The position numbers were made by a program, and so were the translations under genes. This document shows positions 11,311 through 22,891 of a stretch of 64,000 bases of DNA, piece by piece. Source of the stretch: an uncultured Chloroflexia bacterium (GTDB lineage: Bacteria > Chloroflexota > Anaerolineae > CG2-30-64-16); contig CAVZDU010000001.1 of NCBI GenBank assembly GCA_963774265.1, positions 1,248,001 through 1,312,000 on the forward strand. Direction: 5' to 3'. Every line of letters starts with the position of its first letter. Positions within the stretch are counted from its first letter, which is position 1. The notes under the pieces were generated by a model. It made no database searches. It had not been told where the DNA came from and worked only from the letters and a program-made list of their open reading frames with translations.

Positions 11311-13443
11311 ATGGGCACTGCACTCGGCATTGATACCGGCGGCACATACACCGACGCCGTTTTTGTGACCTATCCCGAAGGTCGTGTGATCGCGGGCGCC
11401 AAGGCGCTGACGACGCGACATGACCTTTCATTGGGCATCGACGCTGCAATCCGCGCCGTCTTTGACGCTGCCGGTGCTGAGGGCATGAAGATCGCACCAC
11501 AGGATATCACCCTGGTGTCGTTATCGACAACCCTGGCGACAAACACTCTGGCGGAAGGGCAGCGGGGCCGCGTTTGTCTGTTGTTGATCGGCTATGACAT
11601 CGAGCTGATGCGCGAGTACGGCTTCGAACGGGAGCTGGCCACCGACGACGTCGTGTACCTGGCGGGTGGACACGATGGGCTGGGCGACGAGGTTGCACCC
11701 CTGGACGAGGCGGCCGCGCGTGAGGCTATCCTTGCCCGCAAAGATCGCGTCGAGGCCTTCGCCGTCTCCGGGTATTTCAGCGTTCGCAATCCGGCGCATG
11801 AATTGCGCGTCAGCGGGCTTGTTGAGGAATTGGCCGGGACGCCGGTCACATGCGGGCATGAATTGACCAGCCAACTCAACGCGGTGCGCCGCGCGACCAC
11901 CGTGTCGCTCAACGCGCATCTCATCGCGCCGCTGCGAGAGCTGCTGGCGGCCGTGAAGGCCACCCTGGCGCAGCAGGAGATCAACGCGCCGTTGATGGTG
12001 GTCAAGGGCGACGGGTCACTGGTGCGCGCTGACTTCGCGGTGCGGCGGCCGATCGAGACGGTGCTTTCAGGCCCGGCGGCCAGTGTTGTGGGCGCGTGGC
12101 ACCTGGCCGGCCGCCGCGATGTGTGGACGGTCGATGTCGGCGGGACGACCACGGATATTGCCGCGCTCAGGGGTGGCTTGCCGGTGCTCAACGTGAACGG
12201 TGCGCGCGTCGGGGGTTGGCGCACGATGATTCAGGCGGTGGATGTCCACACCACGGGCCTGGGCGGCGACAGCCATGTGCGCATCAGCTCCGAAGGGGCA
12301 TTGTTGATCGGCCCGCAGCGCGCGATCCCGTTGTGTCTGCTGGCAAGCGAACACCCGCAGATCTTGCCTGTCCTGCGGGCGTCGGTTTCGGCGAGCGGAG
12401 CGCGCTGGGATGATGACCTGGTGGAATTTCTGGCTCCAGGCCGTTCCGCCAAGGGGCTGCTCGATGCGTCGGAGCAGGAAATCCTGGAACGCGTCGGTGG
12501 CGGGCCGGTACAGGCGGCCGCACTCATCGAGCGCACGCGAATCGGCGCACTGGCGCGACGCCGGGCTGCGAGCCTTGAGGAGCGGGGGCTCGTGCGCCAC
12601 GCCGCATTCACGGCGACAGATGCACTTCATGTGCTGGGCGACTTTGTGCGGTGGGACGCGGAGGCGTCACGGCTGGCAGCCGCGATGCTGGCGAGGCGCT
12701 TGGGCGTCGGCATCACCGTCTTCTGCGAGGCGGTGGTCCGGCAGTTCTCGCAGCAGGTGGCGACCGAGGTGGTCAACAAGGTCTTGGAGGATGAGATCGG
12801 CCGCCCAGACTGGGAGCGCGAGCCGACTGGTCGGGCGCTCTTGGGGCGAGCCTTGAATGAGCATCCTGAGCGGGGCCGCGCAGCGGCGCAGTCGAAGGAT
12901 GCGGCTGGGCCGGATGTCCGCTCCGCACCCTTCGACTCCGGGCTGCGGCCCTCCGCTCAGGGTGCTCCGCTCAGTGACCTGGGCTGCACGCTGACGCTGC
13001 GCCGGCCCCTGGTGGCGATCGGTGCACCGGTGGCGGCGTATCTGCCACAGGCGGCCGCCAGCCTGCACACGGAGCTCGTGATTCCGCCCCATTCGGATGT
13101 CGCCAATGCAGTCGGCGCGGTCTCGGGCAGCATTATCCAGCGCGCCCAGGTTGTCATTAACCCGTTAGGCGGTGATGGGGTGGTGCGGGTGCATGGCCTG
13201 CCCGGCGGCCTGGCCGATTTACGCGGGTTGGAAGCGGCGGTGCGCCATGCCGAGCAGGTGATGCAGGGACACTTGCGCGGCCTGGCGCTGGAGGCGGGCG
13301 CGGAGCACGTGGAACTGAGCGAGGCGCGCGAAGACCTGTGGGCGCCAGTGAGGGGCGCGATTGGCCAGGATGTCTTCCTGGAGAGCACGTTGATCTTTAC
13401 GGCCGCAGGCCGGCCCAGCCCGGCCCGACCGGCCCGGAGTTGA
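11311..13443 (+). CDS. Hydantoinase/oxoprolinase (ASKHA-fold) family protein
   Basis: GIDTGGTYTDAV, SLSTTLATN, SGPAASVVGA, DVGGTTTDIA, GLGGDS, VANAVGA; ATG 11311 after a GGAG RBS. Confidence 0.88.
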   Translation: MGTALGIDTGGTYTDAVFVTYPEGRVIAGAKALTTRHDLSLGIDAAIRAVFDAAGAEGMKIAPQDITLVSLSTTLATNTLAEGQRGRVCLLLIGYDIELMREYGFERELATDDVVYLAGGHDGLGDEVAPLDEAAAREAILARKDRVEAFAVSGYFSVRNPAHELRVSGLVEELAGTPVTCGHELTSQLNAVRRATTVSLNAHLIAPLRELLAAVKATLAQQEINAPLMVVKGDGSLVRADFAVRRPIETVLSGPAASVVGAWHLAGRRDVWTVDVGGTTTDIAALRGGLPVLNVNGARVGGWRTMIQAVDVHTTGLGGDSHVRISSEGALLIGPQRAIPLCLLASEHPQILPVLRASVSASGARWDDDLVEFLAPGRSAKGLLDASEQEILERVGGGPVQAAALIERTRIGALARRRAASLEERGLVRHAAFTATDALHVLGDFVRWDAEASRLAAAMLARRLGVGITVFCEAVVRQFSQQVATEVVNKVLEDEIGRPDWEREPTGRALLGRALNEHPERGRAAAQSKDAAGPDVRSAPFDSGLRPSAQGAPLSDLGCTLTLRRPLVAIGAPVAAYLPQAAASLHTELVIPPHSDVANAVGAVSGSIIQRAQVVINPLGGDGVVRVHGLPGGLADLRGLEAAVRHAEQVMQGHLRGLALEAGAEHVELSEAREDLWAPVRGAIGQDVFLESTLIFTAAGRPSPARPARS

Positions 13444-13449
13444 GGAAGC

Positions 13450-13740
13450 ATGCGAATTCGAGTTTATGCCTCGCTGCGTGAGCTGATGTGCGGTGCGGTC
13501 CACGATACGCCGGTGTCCGGCACGCCGGTGTCCGGCGCGGCGACGGTAGGTGGCGTCCTGGAAAAGTTGGTTGAGAACCACCCCGCGTTGGGAGACAAAC
13601 TGTGGGACGCGAATCGCCGGCTGACCGGGTACGTCACGGTCTTGTTAAATGGTAGATCGATCGCGTACCTGCAAGGTCTTGACTCACCCGTGACTGATGC
13701 CGATACACTGGCTCTCTTCCCCCCGGTTGGCGGCGGATAG
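13450..13740 (+). CDS. MoaD/ThiS ubiquitin-like sulfur carrier
   Basis: 96 aa; VLLNGRSI...LALFPPVGGG C-terminus. Confidence 0.9.
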   Translation: MRIRVYASLRELMCGAVHDTPVSGTPVSGAATVGGVLEKLVENHPALGDKLWDANRRLTGYVTVLLNGRSIAYLQGLDSPVTDADTLALFPPVGGG

Positions 13741-13783
13741 GCGGGATTTTTGTAAGATTTGAGAGCCATTGACGAGTTCTGAC

Positions 13784-13812
13784 TTGACATTCGCTTTTCT
13801 CCATGCTATGGT
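13784..13812 (+). promoter_or_regulatory. Sigma70-type promoter of peptide ABC operon 1
   Basis: TTGACA (13784-13789), 17-nt spacer ending TGc, then TATGGT (13807-13812). Confidence 0.65.
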
Positions 13813-13980
13813 TACTTACCTTTGCAGGGAGGAACGAGTCTCTGCTATCCCACGACTGGGAGCATCTCGCGTATACGGTTCCTTAGTTGAATTGCCCATG
13901 GTCTGCTGTTCTGTCCAGGCGCGCCTGGTCGTACGCGAATCTCCTGAGTCCACGTTCACTCACCCCGGGGAGGAGAAAAG

Positions 13981-15958
13981 ATGTCACTCAAGAAGTTGTC
14001 GGTCCTGCTAGGCGTGCTCCTTGTCGTCAGCATGGTTTTGACCGCGTGCCCTGCACCTCAGGCGCAGGTTGTGGAGAAAGTCGTGACCTCTGCGCCGCAG
14101 GTGGTGGAGAAGGTCGTGACCCAGGTCGTCAAGGAAGAGGTAAAGGTCGTTGAGACCCAGGTCGTTGAGAAAGTCGTCGAGAAAGTCGTCGAGAAGGCGG
14201 CCGAAGACTTTTCAACCCCGCACCCAATCCTGAGCGACATTCGCGTCCGCCAGGCCATCGCGCACTGCACCAACCGCGACGATCTGATCGCCTCGGTGTA
14301 CCCGTACGCAGACGCCGAGACCAAGGCTAAACTGCGCATGGACTCCTGGATTCCCAAGTCGAGCTGGGCGTACGGCGGTCCCTACGCTGATTACGAATTC
14401 AGTGTCGAGAAGGGCGGCGCTCTGCTGGATGAGGCCGGTTGGAAGTTGCCCGAGGGCGGTGACATACGCCAGAACGACGCGGGTGAAACGCTCTCTCTGA
14501 AGTTCACGACCACCACGGCGCAATTCCGGCAGACGTGGTCCGCGGTCTTCGTAGCAGAACATGGCCGCGTGCGGCATCCAAATTATCGCCCAGTATGTCC
14601 CGGCGTCCTGGTGGTTCGGCGATACGACGGGCCTGACCCGCCGCGACTTCGAGTTGGGCGCCTACGCCTGGGTGGGCGAGCCCGATCCGGGCGGCCGCAC
14701 CCTGTACGCTTGCGACCAAATCCCGCTCCCAAGCAACGACTGGGTGGGCCAGAACTACATGGGCTGGTGCAACAAGACCGCCAGCGACGCGCTCGTTAGG
14801 GCCAACAACACGCTGATTAAGGAAGAGCGTATCAAGGCCTACAACATCGTGCAGGAAGAGTTTGTCAAGGACATGGTCTCGCTGCCGGTGTTCAATCGCC
14901 TGGAGGGTGAAGGTTGGAGTTTGAACCTCGAAGGACTGAAGGTCGATCCAACCGAATACACCACTGCGAACGTCGACAAGTGGAGCCTGAAAGATGGCGG
15001 CGACACGGTCGTAGCCGGCTTCTCACAGGAACCTGCGTCGATGTACACCCTGGTTGAAACAGCGGCCGTGCAGGTTGAAGCCTCTCAGATAGGCGGCAAT
15101 AGCCGGGTGTACACCAAGTACAGCTATGACTTCCAGCCGTATCTGCAGGATCCGCTCAGCACCATCGAAGGCGGCCTCGCGACCAACGAATCGGTCGATG
15201 TCAAAGCCGGCGACAAGGCCTATGACACCTCCGGCAGCCCCGTCCCGCTGGAGAAGGGCACGAAGGTCTTCGATGCGGATGGTAAGGAGATCGAGTACGA
15301 CGGTACGAGCCCGCTGAAGATGAAGCAGCTTGTCGTGACCTACAAGCTCAAGGACTACACCTGGAGTGATGGCACGAAGGGCTCAGTGAAGGATATGGAG
15401 CTCGGCTTCAAGAACGACTGCGACAAGGAATCCGGCGCGACCGAGTTCATCACCTGTGACGCGATTCTGGACAAGAAGTTCGCGGCGGACAAGCTCGAGG
15501 TGGCCGTGACGTACGTTCCTGGTTACCAGAGCCCGACGTACTTCGTATACCCCTTCTACATCTATCCTTCGCACCTGAAGCTGGCTGATGGCCGTGCGTT
15601 GGCCGATGTGCCGGCGAAGGAATGGGCGACCCTGCCCGAGATCGCCGAGAAGCCGCTGAGCTGGGGGCCGTTCCAGTTGACCGACTGGAAGAAGGGCCAG
15701 AGCATAACCTTCACGCGGAACGAGTACTACCAGCCTGCGCCGAAGCTCAAGACTGTCGTCATCCAGTTCTTCCCTGACACGCAGACGGCTGTCGCTGCGC
15801 TGTTGGGCGGCGATGTGGACTGGCTGGAAAAAGCGACCCTGGGCGCTGGCGCGGAAGTCCAGACGGCGCTCGACGCGGCCAAGGAAGGCAAGATCAACGT
15901 CGAGTTGAGCCCGAACCCGACCTGGGAGCATATCGACATGAACCTGTTCACCAAGTAA
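13981..15958 (+). CDS. Family-5 (Opp/Dpp) substrate-binding lipoprotein, circularly permuted; frameshift near 14555
   Basis: Lipobox VLTAC; VVEKVV linker; PILSDIRVRQAI and LLDEAGW occur before GFSQEPAS, WSDG and GPFQLTDWKKG. Confidence 0.85.
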
Positions 15959-16079
15959 TAGACATTGTAGGGGCGACCGGCCGGTCGTCCCTACAATAGG
16001 GCAAACAACAACGGGCGGACACATTTCTCAGAATGGCCCGCCCGTTCTGCACATCCACTCGTCCTGCACTGAGGCCGCC

Positions 16080-17292
16080 ATGATAAACTACCTCATCCGC
16101 CGCGTTTTCCAGATGGCCCTGGTCATCCTGCTTGCGGCCGTTTTCGTCTATTTCTTGTTTAACATTTCGCCAGGCGGCCCGCTGGCCGGCATCCAGCAAC
16201 AGCAGCGGCGCATTACTCGCGAAGACCTGGCCCGGTTGCGCGCTGGTTATGAATTGGATCTCTATTGGCCGATTCGTTTCTCGCGCTGGCTGATCGGCGT
16301 CCCCGCGGGTCCCATCACCATCGGGGGACGCGAGCTGCTTGCAGAGACGCCGGTGGGCTGTTACCTGCCGCGCTGATGACAATTCAAGCTCGGGGAGTTT
16401 GCAGCCGCGCGTGACGGGGTGCGATGATTATGTGTATCTGGCCGAATTGCCCGAGCTGCACCCGGCCATCAGAAGTAGTCGCGGCATCCTGCGGGGCGAT
16501 TTTGGGCAATCCAGCGTGATCCTGCGCGGCCGGCCGGTGTCCGAGCTTTTGAAGAGCCGCATCGGGCCGACGGTCGAGCTGATGACGATCTCGCTGCTGC
16601 TGTCGTTGCTGTTGGGCGTGCCGATCGGGATTTACAGCGCGGTGAAGCAGTACTCGCGGTTCGACTACTTCTTTACGACTGTTTCGTTTTTTGGCTCGGC
16701 CATGCCCACCTTCTTCTTTGGGTTGCTGTTGATCCTGCTGTTCTCCGTTTTCCCGGTCTTCCTCAGGGACACGCTGCCATGGATTCCGCGCCTGCCGCCG
16801 GGCCTACGCGTCGCGGTCCGGCCGTACGAGATCGTTTCCTGGCTGCCCCAGGTCCAGCCGGGCACTTTCGTTGACCAGTTCCTGCACCTTCTCATGCCGG
16901 TGAGCGTGCTCACCTTCTTCAACCTGGCGGGGTGGAGCCGCTTTGTGCGCTCCTCCATGCTGGAGGTGATGCGCCAGGACTACGTGCGCACCGCGCGGGC
17001 CAAGGGGCTGGTCGAGCGGGTGGTCATTCTGAAGCACGCGCTCCGCAACGCCCTGATCCCCTTTGTGACCGTTGTGGTGCTCGCACTGCCCACCCTATTC
17101 GCAGGCGCCATCATCACCGAGACCATTTTCGCCTGGCCTGGGATGGGGCGGTTATACTTCGATGCCTTGGGCAGGAGCGACTGGCCGGTGGCCCTCGCGT
17201 TCATTTTCATCACCGCGCTTTTGACAGTGGTGGCGACGCTCATTGGCGATATCCTGTATACTGTGGTGGACCCGCGCATCAAGTTCTCGTGA
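16080..17292 (+). CDS. Peptide ABC permease (DppB/OppB type); frameshift near 16370
   Basis: MINYLIRR start; GDFGQS; RSSMLEVMRQDYVRTARAKGL; DILYTVVDPRIK. Confidence 0.88.
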
Positions 17293-17358
17293 TGCGCCCC
17301 ACGGGAAGGCTTCGCGCCGGTGCGTGTTGCGAGAGGCGCGAGTTTGGAGCAAGAGAAT

Positions 17359-18361
17359 ATGACCACTGATGTCAGGACGATCGGGGCTCCCAGCCGGGCC
17401 GAGGACACTACGCAGGAGAGCCAGCTGAAGGTCGTCGCGCGGCGCTTCTTCCGGCACAAACTTGCGGTCATCTCCACCGTGCTATTGCTCGTCATCTTCG
17501 GGGCGTCGCTGCTGGCCCCCGTGATCACCACCTTCCCGCGCGATGCCGTGGACGTCTCGAGCTCATCGCGGCCCGCACCCCCCGGCACTGTCTCGAAAGA
17601 CGGGCGCATGCACATCCTGGGCGTCGACCACCTTGGCCGCGATCTGTTTACGCGCGTGTTGTTCGGTGCGCGCGTGTCGCTCTCCATCGCCTTCCTGGTG
17701 GTGTTGCTCAGCGAGACCTTCGGCGCCACGCTAGGCGCGCTGGCAGGCTTCTACGGGGGCCAGCTCGACATGGTGCTCTCGCGCATCAACGAGTTTATGC
17801 TGACCATCCCGCAATTGCCGATCCTGCTGATTATCTCGGCTATCTTGCTCAAACGCGATGTGGTACTGCCGTTGCCGGGCTTTGTCAACAAGCTGCTCAG
17901 TGCACTCATGCTCGCACCCGAGCGTGAGGCCCAGAAGGTCGTTGTGCTGGTGTTGATCCTGGTAGTCTTCGGCTGGCTGGGGTCATTCCGCCTGATGCGT
18001 GGCATGGCGTTGACGCTGAGCAAGCAGGATTTTGTGGAGGCGCTGCGCGCGGCGGGCGCATCCGATGCTCGCATCATCTTCCGGCACATCATCCCCAACG
18101 GGCTGGCGCCGATCCTGGTGAACGCCAGCCTGGCCCTGGGCGGCATCATCGTTCTCGAATCGGCGCTGAGCTTCCTGGGCCTGGGCGTGCAGGACCCAAC
18201 GCCGACGTGGGGCAACATGCTGGATTTCGCCCGCCAGCTACATGTTCCAGCACCCGTGGCTGCCGCTGGTGCCCGGCATTCCGCTGGTGATCGTCTCCAT
18301 CGGCTTCAATTTCATCGGCGACGGCCTGCGCGATGCACTGGATCCGCGGTTGAAGCGGTAG
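17359..18361 (+). CDS. Peptide ABC permease (DppC/OppC type); frameshift near 18240
   Basis: [49 protein letters not shown] in the shifted frame. Confidence 0.88.
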
Positions 18362-18373
18362 GTGGGGGACAAC

Positions 18374-19456
18374 ATGGCAGACAACGGCAAAGACGGCGGC
18401 GCCCCACTGCTCGATGTCAAGGGGCTGAAAACTTACTTCTACACCGAGGACGGCGTGGTGCAGGCCGTCAACGGCGTTGACTTCGCCATCCGCGAGGGCG
18501 AGGTGATGGGTCTGGTGGGCGAGTCGGGCAGCGGGAAGAGCGTCACCTCGCTCTCGATCATGCGCCTGCTGGGCGCGTCCGGCAAGATCGTCGAGGGTCA
18601 GGTAATCCGTTCAAGGGCCATGATTTGGCCCAACTCTCCGAAGACGAGATGGTGAAGATCCGCGGCAGCGACATGTCGATGATCTTCCAGCAGCCGACGA
18701 GTTGCCTGAACCCGGTCTTCCAGATCGGCGCCCAGGTGGCCGAGGTGCTGGAGATCCACCAGGGGCTCGGCACGGAAGAGGCCTGGAAGCAGGCCGTGGA
18801 GATGTTCCGCAAGGTCGGCATCCCCGACCCGGAGACGCGCGCCAAGTCGTTCCCGCACGAGATCTCCGGCGGCCAGGCGCAGCGTGTGATGATCGCGATG
18901 GCGCTGGCGTGCATGCCCGATCTGCTGATCGCCGACGAGCCGACTACGGCGCTGGACGTGACGATCCAGGCGCAGATCCTCGATCTGATGCGCCGCCTGC
19001 GCACCGAGACCGGCACGGCCATCCTGCTGATCACGCACGATATGGGCGTGATCGCCGAGATGTGCGACAACGTGGCTGTGATGTACGCCGGGCAGATCGT
19101 CGAGTACACCGATGTGAACACGCTGTTCGAAGAGCAATTGCACCCCTACACCGAGGGCCTGCTGGCGGCGATTCCGGTGTTGGGCGAGGTGCGCGAGAGC
19201 CTGGCGGTCATCCCCGGCTCGGTGCCCAACCTGATCAACCTGCCGCCCGGCTGCAAGTTTCACCCGCGCTGCCCGTACGTGAAACCGATGTGCCTGTGCG
19301 GCCGTGCCGCCGCTGGTGGAGGTGGAGCCGGGTCACCAGGTGCGCTGCTTCATGCGCAACCGCCGGAGACAAAAGCCGAATGGGGCGAGGTCCAGCGGGC
19401 GGACTGGCACTTCTTCGGCGACGAAGTCATGGCAGCGCGCGTGAGGACGGGAGTAG
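18374..19456 (+). CDS. Peptide ABC ATP-binding protein (DppD/OppD type); frameshifted, 3' end approximate
   Basis: [45 protein letters not shown]. Confidence 0.85.
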
Positions 19457-19465
19457 AGAGACGGC

Positions 19466-20488
19466 ATGGCGACGATTGCGACAGCAAAGAAAGACCTGTT
19501 GGTCGTCGAGAATCTGAAGAAGTACTTCCCGGTGCGATCGGGGCTGTTTCAGCGCGTGAGCCGCCTGGGTGAAGGCGGTGGATGGCGTCAGCTTCACCGT
19601 GCGCGAGGGTGAGACGTTCGGCCTGGTGGGCGAGTCTGGCTGCGGCAAGACCACCATCGGCCGCACGATCCTGCGCCTGACGCCCTACACGGGCGGCAGC
19701 GTCTTCTTCGACGGCGAGGAAGTGTTCGCCAAGCGCGGGGCCGAGCTGAAGGCCCTGCGCCGCAACATGCAGATCATCTTCCAGGATCCCGTACTCCTCG
19801 CTGGACCCTCGCATGCCGGTGGGCGAAATCATCGGCGAGGGGTTGCAGATCCACGGCATCGGCAACGCGAAGGAGCGCGCCGAGATCGTGACCGAGATGC
19901 TGGCGAAGGTGGGTCTGAATCCCTACCATGCCCGACGTTATCCGCACGAGTTCTCCGGCGGCCAACGGCAGCGCATCGGCATTGCCCGTGCCCTGGCCTT
20001 GCGCCCCAAGTTCATCGTCTGCGACGAGCCGGTGTCTGCGCTGGACGTCTCGATTCAGTCGCAGGTGCTCAACCTGCTGAAAAAGCTGCAGGCCGAGTTC
20101 GGCCTGACTTACCTGTTCATCGCGCACAACCTGAGCGTCGTCGAGCACATCAGCGACCGCATTGGCGTCATGTACCTGGGCAAGATGGCCGAAGTGACGG
20201 ACCGGGAGAAGCTCTACCGCAACCCGCTGCATCCGTATACGCAGGCATTGCTGTCGCGCGATCCCCATGCCCAATCCCAAGCTGAAGCGCGAGCGCATCG
20301 TGTTGACGGGGGATGTACCTTCGCCCCTCGACCCGCCCAGCGGTTGTCGCTTTCACCCGCGCTGTCCGATCGCGGTGGACATCTGCAGGCAGGTGGAACC
20401 GGCCTTCGAGCAGAAGGCGGCGGACCACTGGGTGGCTTGCCACCTGGTGCCGGCCTCAGGTGTCACCGCGAAGACAGGCGCTAACTAG
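19466..20488 (+). CDS. Peptide ABC ATP-binding protein (DppF/OppF type); frameshifted
   Basis: [47 protein letters not shown]. Confidence 0.85.
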
Positions 20489-20512
20489 CCCCTTTTTGTT
20501 GTAAACCCGGTG

Positions 20513-20611
20513 GTAGAGACGTAGAGACGTAGAGACGTAGAGACGTAGAGACGTAGAGACGTAGAGACGTAGAGACGTAGAGCGTAGAGACGTAGCATGC
20601 TACGTCTCTAC
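20513..20611. repeat. (GTAGAGAC)x8 tandem array fused to a 28-bp perfect palindrome
   Basis: 8 perfect octamers at 20513-20576, one 7-nt variant, then GTAGAGACGTAGCATGCTACGTCTCTAC at 20584-20611. Confidence 0.95.
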
Positions 20612-20675
20612 AACAACGGCGATTGCACGTCCCCCGCATTTGCGCGATTTGACTTCTGGCACAGTCGTAAATTAC

Positions 20676-20704
20676 TTGACACTCAACTATCGCTGTGCTA
20701 TTAT
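20676..20704 (+). promoter_or_regulatory. Sigma70-type promoter of peptide ABC operon 2
   Basis: TTGACA (20676-20681), 17-nt spacer ending TGc, then TATTAT (20699-20704). Confidence 0.7.
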
Positions 20705-20749
20705 CCATCCACTCCTGAAGCTTACCCCAGGTCCGCCCGGAGGCGATGG

Positions 20750-21755
20750 ATGAGTAGATTGTTGGAGGTGAAGGGGCTGGAAACTCGCTTCTTCACCCAG
20801 GACGGTGTCGTCCACGCGGTCAACGGCATCACCTATCACTTGGACGAAGGGGAAACCCTGGCGATTGTGGGTGAGAGCGGCTGCGGCAAGAGCGTCGGCG
20901 TCATGTCTCTGCTGCGGCTGATCCCTCAGCCGCCCGGCAAGATCACCGCCGGGGAGGTCTGGTTCGGACGGGTGAGATCGCAAGGACCTGCTCGAAGATG
21001 TCGGACGACGAGATCCGGCAGGTGCGCGGCAACCGGATCGCGATGATCTTCCAGGACCCGATGACCTCGCTCAATCCGGTTCTCACCATCGGCTTCCAGA
21101 TTTCCGAAGCCCTGATGCTGCACATGGGCATGGACAAGGACAGCGGCGCGCAAGCGCGCGGTCGAGCTGCTCGAGATGGTCGGCATCTCCGCATGCGGCC
21201 GACCGCCTCGACGATTATCCGCATCAGTTCTCCGGCGGTATGCGCCAGCGTGTGATGATCGCCATGGGGCTGAGCTGCAACCCGCAGCTGCTGATCGCCG
21301 ACGAGCCGACGACCGCGCTGGATGTGACCATCCAGGCGCAGATCACGGACCTGGTCAAGCGACTGCGCGACGAGATCGGCATGGCCATCATCTGGATCAC
21401 GCACGATCTGGGTGTCGTCGCCGGGCTGGCGGATCGCGTGATCGTGATGTATGCCGGCTTCATCGTCGAAGAGGCCCCGGTCAAGGAACTGTACGCCAAT
21501 CCGCGCCATCCCTACACGATCGGTCTGCTCGGCTCGCTGCCTCGGCTGGACGTCGGCCGTGCACACCGCCTGACATCCATCGAAGGCCTGCCGCCGGATC
21601 TGATCGAGCTGCCCAAGGGCTGCCCGTTCTACGCCCGCTGCCATTATCGCATCGAGACTTGTGCGACCGAGAACCCGCGGCTGGAGCCGGTCGCGCCGGG
21701 TCACAAGGTCGCGTGCCGGGTCGACGTGACCAAACTAACCGCCAGTTACCTCTGA
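20750..21755 (+). CDS. oppD: Oligopeptide ABC ATP-binding protein (OppD type); frameshifted
   Basis: [44 protein letters not shown]. Confidence 0.85.
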
Positions 21756-21770
21756 AGGGGAGCATGCGGC

Positions 21771-22779
<1,009 letters not shown>

Positions 22780-22891
22780 AGGGGGGTGGTGAACGCCACA
22801 GAACTGGGCTTTAGACAGATAGTGCGTCGGCAGTATTGACGCAAAGAGGTACGGTTTTTCTAGCACATACCACATTACAGTAGGAGGAGAC

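Noticed and set aside
20513-20611. Possible CRISPR array
   Set aside because: Direct 8-bp tandem units with no unique spacers, and no cas genes in the window.
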